This document shows, in pieces, positions 35,402 to 43,266 of a DNA stretch of 44,441 bases. The notes under the pieces are model-generated. The model worked only from the letters and a program-made list of their open reading frames with translations, searched no databases and was not told the DNA's origin. The translations under genes were made by a program, and so were the position numbers. Source of the stretch: a virus (Duplodnaviria; Caudoviricetes); IMG/VR virus record IMGVR_UViG_3300040733_000128, positions 1 through 44,441 of that record. One strand, 5' to 3'. The number at the start of each line of letters is the position of its first letter. Positions within the stretch are counted from its first letter, which is position 1.

Positions 35402-36854
35402 GGAGTGGCCTCCATTCCACGGCACTGCCGTTGAGAGTGATCTCTTTATTACCGGAGGTTCGGACATATCTGTCCACTATGACATCGCAATAGTCGGGCG
35501 TGAGCTCTGTGCCGAAGCAGATCCTTCCTGTGAGTTCGGCCGCGATGAGCGTGGTCCCCGATCCCAGGAATCCGTCATAGACGATATCGCCGGGGAGGCT
35601 GCTGTTCTCGAGGGCCCGGCGCGCAAGCGCCACCGGCTTCTGCGTCGGATGATCGCCGGTATCGTCCCGGCCTATCTCCCATAGATCGTCAGCCCTGTCG
35701 TTGCTCGAGATGAAGATTGTTTGCCCTGGGAGGACCCTCATCGTTCGTACCTTTTTCCCGTTCGGCGCCTTCGGCTCCAGGTAGATCCTTCCTCCGGATC
35801 CGTCAATGAGCACGAGGCCTGTGCCGAGGATAGCCGATGTGCGCTTCGCCGCCTGGATCGTTGCCCGCCATACCGTCGATTGCGAGCGGTCCCCGTAGAA
35901 TGCCGGGACTTTTCCTTCTTTGCTAGCATAGAAACATGGCTCATGCGCCCAGCGGTAGTCGCTATGGCCGAGGATGAATCCCGGCTTTGCCCAGATGATA
36001 TACTGCCTCTCGAGGAGGCCTGCGGCCTTAAGCGCAAAAGAAAAATCTTCGCGCGTGCTCGAGGCATGCCATATGTAGAAGCCAGCATTCGGGAGCGTGA
36101 AGGCGACGGCGACCTTCAGCGCCGGCAGGAGAAGGTTGTTGACCAGGTCGTCCTCTGTCCTGTCGTCGTTGACGATCATGTCGAAGTTCCCTGAAGGCGC
36201 GACGTAGCTCACGCCATAGGGCGGATCCGTGAAGACACATGCCGCGCGTTCCTCGCCGAAGAGGAGGCGGGCTGCCTCGAGGCTTGTTGCATCGCCGCAG
36301 AGGAGGCGGTGGGGGCCCAGCTCGTAGAGATCTCCCGGGCGGGTGCGGGGATCCCCTGGAGGTTCAGGGGCCTCGTCAACGTCCAGGTCCGTGTCCCCGG
36401 CATCGCCGGTGGTCTGCAGGTATTCATCGAGCTTGAAATCCGGGAGGTTGATCTCGAGGGATAGCGCGGGGATATCAAGATTGTTCGCCTGGGCGAAGCT
36501 ATCGAGGCCGCCCTCCGTGATATTCGCATAGATCGACGAATAGAGGAGTACCATGCGGGCGGCATCCGCGCGGTTTTTACACTGGATGAAATTCGCCGGC
36601 AGAAGGTCCGGTATTTCGTATCCTTCCTTCTCGAGAACCTGCATTGCCTTCATGCGGTACTGGCCGTCGAGAATGAGGACCGTGCGGCCGAGCTGCCATA
36701 CATTGAAGGGCTGGACGAAGTTATTCGATACGAGGGATTGTTTCAGTTTTTCGAGTGATTCCCCGGGGAGCTTCTTCAGGTCCGTGTGAAACCACTTGAG
36801 TTCTCTCCAAGATATTAAAGCGGTCTTGATGATGCGGTTCGATATTGTTTTCAA
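35391..36854 (-). CDS. ParB-like domain + DNA methyltransferase (DPPY, likely m6A)
   Basis: ILDGQYR; FTDPPY; HPTQKP; DGFLGSG; TTG start 6 nt after AAGGGAGG. Confidence 0.9.
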   Translation of the reverse strand: MKTISNRIIKTALISWRELKWFHTDLKKLPGESLEKLKQSLVSNNFVQPFNVWQLGRTVLILDGQYRMKAMQVLEKEGYEIPDLLPANFIQCKNRADAARMVLLYSSIYANITEGGLDSFAQANNLDIPALSLEINLPDFKLDEYLQTTGDAGDTDLDVDEAPEPPGDPRTRPGDLYELGPHRLLCGDATSLEAARLLFGEERAACVFTDPPYGVSYVAPSGNFDMIVNDDRTEDDLVNNLLLPALKVAVAFTLPNAGFYIWHASSTREDFSFALKAAGLLERQYIIWAKPGFILGHSDYRWAHEPCFYASKEGKVPAFYGDRSQSTVWRATIQAAKRTSAILGTGLVLIDGSGGRIYLEPKAPNGKKVRTMRVLPGQTIFISSNDRADDLWEIGRDDTGDHPTQKPVALARRALENSSLPGDIVYDGFLGSGTTLIAAELTGRICFGTELTPDYCDVIVDRYVRTSGNKEITLNGSAVEWRPLHGE

Positions 36855-37001
36855 GGAGCTCCTCCCTTGACCTGGACGGATCGCCCTGATAGAATCTTGC
36901 GCAGATGCCGGACAAAGGATCTGCGGATGGTAGCGGGCAACCGTCGTCACGTTCTAGCGTGATGGTCTAAGGGAGGTAGGACTCCCTTCGGACTGCCGTC
37001 C
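36855..37001 (-). promoter_or_regulatory. Structured 5' leader with anti-SD switch
   Basis: Closing stem GGACGG/CCGTCC, several internal stems, CCTCCCTT(A)GACC complementary to the SD region GGTCAAGGGAGG. Confidence 0.6.
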
Positions 37002-37025
37002 GTTTTTTTATTTTTTAAGTTCGGG

Positions 37026-37157
37026 TGTTAGCGGGGCAGGCTTTGAGCTGCGTATTTGCCCACACGTGTAGAGGTAGCTACTCTCTACAATGGCGGCTCC
37101 CGATACTAATTAATCTTGACCCCGGCGTGTCAAGCACTCGCCACCTGCCCCATAACA
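37026..37157 (-). ncRNA. Multi-stem structured element, possibly tRNA-derived
   Basis: Outer stem TGTTATGGGGCAGG/CCTGCCCCGCTAACA enclosing CTTGAC/GTCAAG and TGTAGAG/CTCTACA hairpins. Confidence 0.45.
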
Positions 37158-37171
37158 TTTTTACCGTACCT

Positions 37172-37492
37172 TCACTTTTTTGCTAAAACTTCCTCATTTG
37201 ATTCTTTTCTGTACCATTGACCTTTCTTGCCGTCCCAAGTCCACCCTGCATGGAAATACCATTCACTGTCTTTTGTAGAGTATATCCTTCTTTCACCATC
37301 AACCACTTCCTCATACGTTGGGTTAGGAGGGTTATTGTTCGGTGCATGTAAGCAATGCCAATGGTAGAAGGATTCCGGTCCCGTGGAAGACAATATTTCA
37401 TCTTCTCGAATAGGCTTATTACAGAGAGGACAAATCAATTCTCCTTTTTTAATTTTTTCTCTTATTTCATCAATTACCGGATTATTTTCCAT
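37172..37492 (-). CDS. Hypothetical Zn-binding protein
   Basis: CPLC...HWHC; RBS AAGGAG; AT-rich. Confidence 0.65.
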   Translation of the reverse strand: MENNPVIDEIREKIKKGELICPLCNKPIREDEILSSTGPESFYHWHCLHAPNNNPPNPTYEEVVDGERRIYSTKDSEWYFHAGWTWDGKKGQWYRKESNEEVLAKK

Positions 37493-37510
37493 CGTTTCTC
37501 CTTTTATCTT

Positions 37511-37738
37511 TCATGCTAAATATCTCCAGATCCCGTACATGCTGATTGCCGTATATGCCGCGAAGAGCGCGGCCTGCTCGTAATATCCCCGGCGGGCATT
37601 GAGAATGACGAGGCCCACATTCGCGGGTACCCAGATGACAAATCCCCAGATAGATAAATTACTATTGAAGAGCGCACCGGCGAGGCCTGCGGCAGAAAGA
37701 ATGAGATCAGCGAGTTTAATTTTGCTCAACTTCATCAT
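37511..37738 (-). CDS. Small 3-TM protein, PnuC-like
   Basis: WGFVIWVPAN...LFAAY..S.YGIWRY. Confidence 0.6.
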   Translation of the reverse strand: MMKLSKIKLADLILSAAGLAGALFNSNLSIWGFVIWVPANVGLVILNARRGYYEQAALFAAYTAISMYGIWRYLA

Positions 37739-37982
37739 TTTCCTCTATAACGGGAGACGTACATTTACTGGTAGTAATTTTGAAATAATTACTGATATTT
37801 TCTTTATGAGCATACCAGGTACCCAATATTTGGTTAGCCGGGAATCCTGCATGCTTTACGAGCTGGTAAAATGTTGGTTTCGAAATCCGAGCATATCCGA
37901 TAATCTCCATGACTCCGGTCAGCAGATCATCCATATGCGTACCCGGTCTGTGTAATGGTCCTTTTTGATAATTATCTTTCAC
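37716..37982 (-). CDS. Small HTH DNA-binding protein (excisionase/AlpA-like)
   Basis: EIIGYARISKPTFYQL....FPA..ILGTW. Confidence 0.65.
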   Translation of the reverse strand: MKDNYQKGPLHRPGTHMDDLLTGVMEIIGYARISKPTFYQLVKHAGFPANQILGTWYAHKENISNYFKITTSKCTSPVIEENDEVEQN

Positions 37983-40057
37983 CGTTCGAACCTGTCCAAA
38001 AATCCTTCTCTTATGCTGTCCATATCGGGCCGGCTATAGTCAGCAGACGTTTCATTGGTTTTGTTCCTCGCCCGCGAACTGGTTGATTGTGTCTGTTTCG
38101 TACGAGCGGCCTTGATTGCCGCCTGCATTACTGCCAGCGATGGCTGCCATTCGGCATCCATGGCAGCCATGGCGTACACCGTGCAGTCGAGGTAATGATT
38201 AGCGGTACGGACGCGGACCCATTCCTGTTTCCTTCCTCGAGTGATGCGGCGTTCTTCCGCAAGAAGCTCTCTTATAAAATCATTATCTGTATCGGCATCG
38301 AACAGGATCCTCTGAGTCTCTTCTTCAGAGCGGGTCAACCGCCAGTGAAATAGCTCCTTAAACTGGTCTACATCAATGATGCGTATCTCGAGGCCTCCGG
38401 GGATTGGTTTATTGCTATGGGGGTATTTGTCGATGGTGGCTATTTTTACACGAGGGCCCTGCGCGTGTTTATGGGAAGCGCCCTTTACACCGTAAATGGT
38501 TCCTTCGGGTTGTTTGCGCAGCCATTCATAAACCTCATCCGTCATGCTCTTCTCTGCATTGTTCGCATTCGGACCCGGCTTGTTGCCGCCGGTGTCGATC
38601 GCGGCGCGCCAGATCCCCATGGTGTTTGTTGAATTTTCAACCTGAAACCGGGCATGATAGACGAACGCTTCAACATCGGCTAAACTACCAAGGAGCCCGT
38701 GCCGGATCTTCTGGAGGGTAAAGCCGAGGTCATTCGGGATGCACGCATACAGCACAAAACGATACCCCCAGGTATGAGAATCGATGCCAATGATGAGAGC
38801 GATAGCTCCTGTAGGAACAATATCGGCAGGAAGCATGGTCCTGTGCTCTGCGAGAAGGGCTTCCTCCTTCTTCGTAGGTATGACCTCTTTAAATTCCTCT
38901 GCCTTATGCTGTGTAATATAAACCTTTTTCTTTTCGGGGTTGTCTTCGGCACGCATCCTTGCGACTGCCGGGCCATTTTTATGGGATAGCGGTAAAATGA
39001 CCCCGTACCATGATGGTAGATGGAACGCCACGGCCACCGGCCGCGTCACTGGATCGATCCGTACCCACTCTCCGTCGTCATTAAATTTCCCCGAGATCCA
39101 TCTGCCACGTTCAACGGCCCTCCGCCGCGCATAATCATTCCATAGCATTTTGCATTTATCACAGGAATAGTAGGCAAGATTCTCCTGGATGATAAGACGA
39201 GGATCCTTAATGGTGCGCTTGAGGATAATGTGCTCATCATCCATGATCTGTCTGTGACCGCAAATGGGGCAGGGGACCTCATAGCGGCGGACCTCATCGG
39301 CATCGTAGCGCATGAGGTCGGTGATCGCGCAGGGCGCCTCGCCAGGCGATGAAATAAACAGCGCCTTGCTCGAGTGCGGGAACGAGTTCGCGCGGGCACG
39401 CATGAGATCGATCGGCGAAGGTTCTCTCTTGTTTTGCCCTGAGGCATAGCTGGGAAATTTACTTACCTCGTCGCCGATAAGATAGCGGCGGGGCTCCGAG
39501 GAGATCTCTGCGGCGGACGTGGCCCAGGCCATCATCAGGTCGGCTCCGTTTTTGAAGCGAATAGCGAGCGTGGTCGCGTCGTCACTACGTGGCGTAAGGA
39601 GCTCTGCAATCCTCGGAGTAGCCCTGATGGTAGACAGGATACGTGTCTTGGCGATGCGCTTTGCGGTTTTCTCATCCGGCATGACGTACATGATGCCGCC
39701 GGGATCCTGATCGATCGCGTAAAACATACAATTGAAGGCGATCTGTGTCTTCACGATCTGCGGCGCAGCGCAGACATAGATCTCCCGGATATACGGGTTT
39801 GTCCAGAGGTCCATGATTTCAGTCGCATACGGTGAATTAACATTCTGCCAGCGTCCTTTGAAGTCGCCGTCCGTGACCATGCGATACCGCTCTGCCCATT
39901 GCGAGACAGTAAGCGGACGCCCGGTCCGGGGGTCTATCTCCCTGGAACGAAAGACCCTGCGCTCTCCATCGGTGAAGCGGATCGAGGAAGGAAGGGCCGA
40001 GAGATCGGGTGGGATCTTGAGGGCGGCATTACCGAAGGTAAAAGAGTTATTGATCAC
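37979..40057 (-). CDS. Terminase large subunit, lambda GpA family
   Basis: TVSQWAE.YR, YLIGDEV, ISSP, CPIC..C..C, GID, NHYLDC. Confidence 0.93.
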   Translation of the reverse strand: MINNSFTFGNAALKIPPDLSALPSSIRFTDGERRVFRSREIDPRTGRPLTVSQWAERYRMVTDGDFKGRWQNVNSPYATEIMDLWTNPYIREIYVCAAPQIVKTQIAFNCMFYAIDQDPGGIMYVMPDEKTAKRIAKTRILSTIRATPRIAELLTPRSDDATTLAIRFKNGADLMMAWATSAAEISSEPRRYLIGDEVSKFPSYASGQNKREPSPIDLMRARANSFPHSSKALFISSPGEAPCAITDLMRYDADEVRRYEVPCPICGHRQIMDDEHIILKRTIKDPRLIIQENLAYYSCDKCKMLWNDYARRRAVERGRWISGKFNDDGEWVRIDPVTRPVAVAFHLPSWYGVILPLSHKNGPAVARMRAEDNPEKKKVYITQHKAEEFKEVIPTKKEEALLAEHRTMLPADIVPTGAIALIIGIDSHTWGYRFVLYACIPNDLGFTLQKIRHGLLGSLADVEAFVYHARFQVENSTNTMGIWRAAIDTGGNKPGPNANNAEKSMTDEVYEWLRKQPEGTIYGVKGASHKHAQGPRVKIATIDKYPHSNKPIPGGLEIRIIDVDQFKELFHWRLTRSEEETQRILFDADTDNDFIRELLAEERRITRGRKQEWVRVRTANHYLDCTVYAMAAMDAEWQPSLAVMQAAIKAARTKQTQSTSSRARNKTNETSADYSRPDMDSIREGFLDRFER

Positions 40058-40920
40058 GCCGCACCCTCATCCATGTCCTCTTCTTCCGACTCGTCCTTGC
40101 CGGCCTGCTCGAAGATCTTCTCATACGCGGACACATCGACCTTAAATTCCTCTCTCTGCAGGTACCGGGATAGCCACTGTTCTAAAGCATTGAGGCAGAA
40201 GTCTATAAGCTCCGGGACCTTTATTACGTCACCGCCTACGATGTTCACTATAGCGGGGGCCTGTCCCCTGAAGAAGTTCTCGCCATCGGTACGGAAGATG
40301 GCAGCCCGGGCAGCGAGCTCATTCTCGAATAGATCACGAGGGACAAGCTTCTGCTGCAGGGCGGCTGTTCGTACCTCCCAGTTCGTTGCGCGTGCTATCC
40401 GCTCACGTGTCTCTGCTTCTGCCCTTTCCTTTTGAGCTTTATCGAGTATCTTGGCTGGCGATGGAGACCCATCGGCCAGCTGCAGGTGTGCCTGGGCATA
40501 TTTCTCGACGTCTTTAAGGAGATATTTTCCTTCCTTGTTCGGGCGGATCTTGCCGGTGGTCTTGTGATTGTAGATCGCCGATTTCTGAATCTTGTATCCT
40601 TTCTTCTGCAGGTACTGCATAACGGCATGAAGGTTTTCAAAGTCCTCCGGTTGGGCAGGTGGCTGAGGAGGACCCTGAGGGCTATTTTCAGGTCCTGTGT
40701 TTGTTGTTTTATCGGAGGCCTGGGCGGCGAGCTCCTCAGGCGTATAGATAGCCCTGAGCTCACTGTCCAGTTCATTGAACGTTTCCAGTTCTTTTTTAGA
40801 AAGTATCTGGCCGCTCTGTGCCTTTTTAAGAAGGTTGTTGTACATCTTCGGTTTGATCAGCCTGCCGGCCTCGAGGTTGTTTTTGATGATCTCTTTCTTG
40901 TCTTCGAGTATATCCATCAT
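40054..40920 (-). CDS. Terminase small subunit-like DNA-binding protein
   Basis: wHTH-like segment plus helical KLVPRD..E; overlaps the large-subunit start. Confidence 0.7.
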   Translation of the reverse strand: MMDILEDKKEIIKNNLEAGRLIKPKMYNNLLKKAQSGQILSKKELETFNELDSELRAIYTPEELAAQASDKTTNTGPENSPQGPPQPPAQPEDFENLHAVMQYLQKKGYKIQKSAIYNHKTTGKIRPNKEGKYLLKDVEKYAQAHLQLADGSPSPAKILDKAQKERAEAETRERIARATNWEVRTAALQQKLVPRDLFENELAARAAIFRTDGENFFRGQAPAIVNIVGGDVIKVPELIDFCLNALEQWLSRYLQREEFKVDVSAYEKIFEQAGKDESEEEDMDEGAA

Positions 40921-41390
40921 TGCCTCGTTACCATTTTGATCTGGTTGAATTTGCACCGCCAGAGGCGGACCGTCTCTTCATCGATGTCCAAAATCCCTGC
41001 AATATATTTTGCTGGAAGGTTGAGCCCCAGGAACACTGCAAGAAGGACGATCTCCCGGAAGCCCATGTGCGCCCCGTGGAATATGGTATCTGTAAGAGCG
41101 GTGAACCATTTCCCGCACAGGGGGCACCGGATCCTCTCGTTCTGCCAGAACCGGTCATGGTATTTATCGGGCAGGGTCTCTTTGCATCCCGGGCATTTTG
41201 GACCTTCCCGGTGTAATTGTTCGAGGATCCACGCCCTGCAGGTGCCTTCATCCAAAAACCCCGCACAGAATGCGCGGGACGCCTCCTGGGGCGTCAGATA
41301 AACCGCCGGCCCTCCGGATATCCCTTTATCGTGCCGGTCCGTCACAGAATGCCCTTTTTGCAATATTTTTTGGTCGTTCCATTTTTCCAC
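40917..41390 (-). CDS. IS1595-type Zn-ribbon/HTH protein lacking a DDE domain
   Basis: DEGTCRAWI..H..GPKCPGC...C..C.KWFT..T.TIFHG..IA..L....ETV..W; start uncertain. Confidence 0.7.
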   Translation of the reverse strand: MEKWNDQKILQKGHSVTDRHDKGISGGPAVYLTPQEASRAFCAGFLDEGTCRAWILEQLHREGPKCPGCKETLPDKYHDRFWQNERIRCPLCGKWFTALTDTIFHGAHMGFREIVLLAVFLGLNLPAKYIAGILDIDEETVRLWRCKFNQIKMVTRQ

Positions 41391-41399
41391 TCTTGATTT

Positions 41400-41466
41400 T
41401 TTTCAAAAGTAGTGATTTTTCGCGTCCTTGGTGGTCGTAAGCAAAAAAAGCTCCAGGAAGGACCCG
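41400..41466 (-). other. Lambda-like cos site (cosQ-cosN-I2)
   Basis: GGGTCCT-18 nt-TTACG-ACCACCAAGGA-CGCG-AAAAATCACTACTTTTGAAAA, collinear with lambda cos; upstream of the terminase genes. Confidence 0.8.
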
Positions 41467-41467
41467 C

Positions 41468-42094
41468 TCATTTGTTCCCCGTTTGGTAACGATCAATCCA
41501 GTAATTAAATCGTGATTTAAATTTTTCAGTTATAATTCTGTTCATATTATCAAAGATCTTTTTATTACCAAAAAGCCCTGCCACTCCTGGTCCGAACAGT
41601 TCTTTCAGCGGCAGACGAGCCTTGCCTATTCTCTGAAACACTGCGATGTGCCCTGATTTCGTTTGAGCAATAAACGATCTTGGGTCGGTGACCACTTCTT
41701 TCCTGCCCCCGATCTTGCGGACCAGCACGGTCACCTTGCCGCCATATCTGCGTCCAGTTTTTCTGATGACAGACTTAAACTTCTCTTTCCCGATGCCAAG
41801 TGTCCTTACGCTTTGTCCTTCCTGTTTTGCATCGAAGTATGATAAGGCAAGGCCTCGACCTCTTCCTGTGATTTCTGCTTCGGGTTTGCCTTTCGTTGCT
41901 CTTCCGGTTAATCGAAGATATTGTGATAGCCTGCTGTATTTAATATTATATTCACTGGTTATTTCCCGCTTTGCTTCTGTCATGCTCTGTGCAGCGGCTT
42001 CATTGATAGCCCTATATACTGCTTCTCTAACGTTGTTTGGGTCAAACATTGCGAGCGCCTTATTTACTCCTTCGAGCTTTATGTCAAAGTCCAT
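41468..42094 (-). CDS. gpZ-like minor tail protein, paralog 2
   Basis: Aligns by eye with 10738-11376 (ITG.GRGLAL.YFDA.Q.G; SGH....R.GK.R.P..E.FGP). Confidence 0.75.
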   Translation of the reverse strand: MDFDIKLEGVNKALAMFDPNNVREAVYRAINEAAAQSMTEAKREITSEYNIKYSRLSQYLRLTGRATKGKPEAEITGRGRGLALSYFDAKQEGQSVRTLGIGKEKFKSVIRKTGRRYGGKVTVLVRKIGGRKEVVTDPRSFIAQTKSGHIAVFQRIGKARLPLKELFGPGVAGLFGNKKIFDNMNRIITEKFKSRFNYWIDRYQTGNK

Positions 42095-42099
42095 CTCTC

Positions 42100-43077
42100 T
42101 TACCTCTCGATCTGTGTCTCTTTGTTGCTCATTTTGAATTGCCCTGCCAGGCCCTGTATGATCTGTGTAACCGGTCCTGAGGCCGGGGGTGGAGGTCCTT
42201 CAGCTTTCTTCCGTATATCCTCGGGCACCTGATCTGCAGGGATCAGCTTCCCGTTCAAAAACCATTCCCTCTTTTTTCCCTGGCTATAATATTTTGCCTT
42301 GCTTCCGCCGTTGCTTAGCTTCTTGTCTTTCACGAACTCTTGCGTGAGCCGGTCCCAGTTACGGCGCAGCGCTTCCCCGCTGAGGATGTTCTTGCTCCAG
42401 AAATTATCCTTCAGGGCAGCCCTGATCACTTTCTCGATGACGTCGTAGTTTTGTTTGTCGAGCCTGTTGAGCTTTTCGATGTCTTTTGCCCAGGCTGTAA
42501 TTCTTGCCTCTTTCTGCTTCGGGGTTAAGGCGCATAATCGGCTGTGAGGGTTTGCCTTGATGATCTCCTCGAAGAGCATTCGGGACAAGAGATCTTTCTT
42601 GGGTATTGTTATTGGGTTATACTTCGGGTGACTGTCAGTCACTGGTACCCGTGACTGTGAGTCACTGGTCTGCCGTTCAACTAGTGACTGTGAGTCACCG
42701 GTCGGCTCTTCAACTAGTGACTGTGAGTCACTAGTTTCTGTTTGTGTTTTGTGCGGTAACGTCCATTCGCTTACATCGTTGATTCGATAAACATTGTGTC
42801 GGCCTTGTCCTCGAATAACCTGGATCAAACAATATTTTTCTAATAGCTCGATGCTCCGCATTACCTGACGTGCGCTGATCGCCCATTCTCTTGCGATCGT
42901 TGCAACTGATGGCCAGGTTTTGCGGTCCTTGTCTGCGTGTCGGAGAAGGCTGTTATATACCGCTCCTCCATATACTCCGATCACAGGAGCTGCTTCATCG
43001 ATCATGCGATTGTCGGCAATAAAGAACGACTTTTTCCGCTGGTCCTTTACTTCAATTTCTTCATTTGGTTTTGACAT
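42100..43077 (-). CDS. Replication initiator (lambda O-like, N-terminal wHTH)
   Basis: VY..L.RHAD....TWPS..TIA....S.RQV..LE...LI; internal SDSQS repeats; C-terminal D.FW..NILS...LR..WD.L. Confidence 0.85.
   Translation of the reverse strand: MSKPNEEIEVKDQRKKSFFIADNRMIDEAAPVIGVYGGAVYNSLLRHADKDRKTWPSVATIAREWAISARQVMRSIELLEKYCLIQVIRGQGRHNVYRINDVSEWTLPHKTQTETSDSQSLVEEPTGDSQSLVERQTSDSQSRVPVTDSHPKYNPITIPKKDLLSRMLFEEIIKANPHSRLCALTPKQKEARITAWAKDIEKLNRLDKQNYDVIEKVIRAALKDNFWSKNILSGEALRRNWDRLTQEFVKDKKLSNGGSKAKYYSQGKKREWFLNGKLIPADQVPEDIRKKAEGPPPPASGPVTQIIQGLAGQFKMSNKETQIER
42628..42731. repeat. Four palindromic iterons (putative ori)
   Basis: GTGACTGT(G/C)AGTCAC at 42628, 42651, 42684 and 42717. Confidence 0.85.
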
Positions 43078-43094
43078 TATAAAACCCCTCTATA

Positions 43095-43161
43095 TACGTC
43101 TTACCTACGTCTTACCTACGTCGTTTTAAGGGGCTTGGAATGAGTTAACTGATTGATTTAA
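43095..43161. promoter_or_regulatory. att arm: integrase arm-type repeats and IHF site
   Basis: TACGTC-TTACCTACGTC-TTACCTACGTC (43095-43122); minus-strand AATCAATCAGTTA matches the IHF consensus WATCAANNNNTTR. Confidence 0.7.
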
Positions 43162-43175
43162 TTGAGTTTTAAAAA

Positions 43176-43266
43176 CGGAGAGGGTGGGATTCGAACCCAC
43201 GGTACGCGTGTTAGACGTACAGCCGATTTCGAGTCGGCCCCGTTATGACCGCTTCGGTACCTCTCC
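43176..43266 (-). tRNA. tRNA-Ser(CGA), prophage integration site
   Basis: GGAGAGG acceptor, GCCGA-CTCGAAA-TCGGC anticodon arm, long variable arm, GTGGG-TTCGAAT-CCCAC, G discriminator; CCA not encoded. Confidence 0.96.

Larger units (their letters stand above)
1..43176 (-). mobile_element. Lambda-like temperate prophage (siphovirus-type) integrated at tRNA-Ser(CGA)
   Basis: Integrase at the left end; repressor, terminase, portal, S49 protease, capsid, tail tube, tape measure and lysis genes; no sheath; right end abuts the tRNA-Ser 3' end; the 11-mer TTACCTACGTC occurs at both ends. The left att core is outside the window. Confidence 0.95.

Noticed and set aside
34112-36854. Restriction-modification system
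   Set aside because: No cognate endonuclease; these are orphan phage methyltransferases.
36855-36950. N-terminal extension of the methyltransferase from GTG 36950
   Set aside because: No SD there; a strong SD precedes TTG 36854 and the region is highly structured.
37026-37157. Functional tRNA
   Set aside because: No canonical T-loop or anticodon arm, and too long; kept only as a structured element.
40917-41390. Active IS1595 element
   Set aside because: No catalytic domain or terminal inverted repeats seen.
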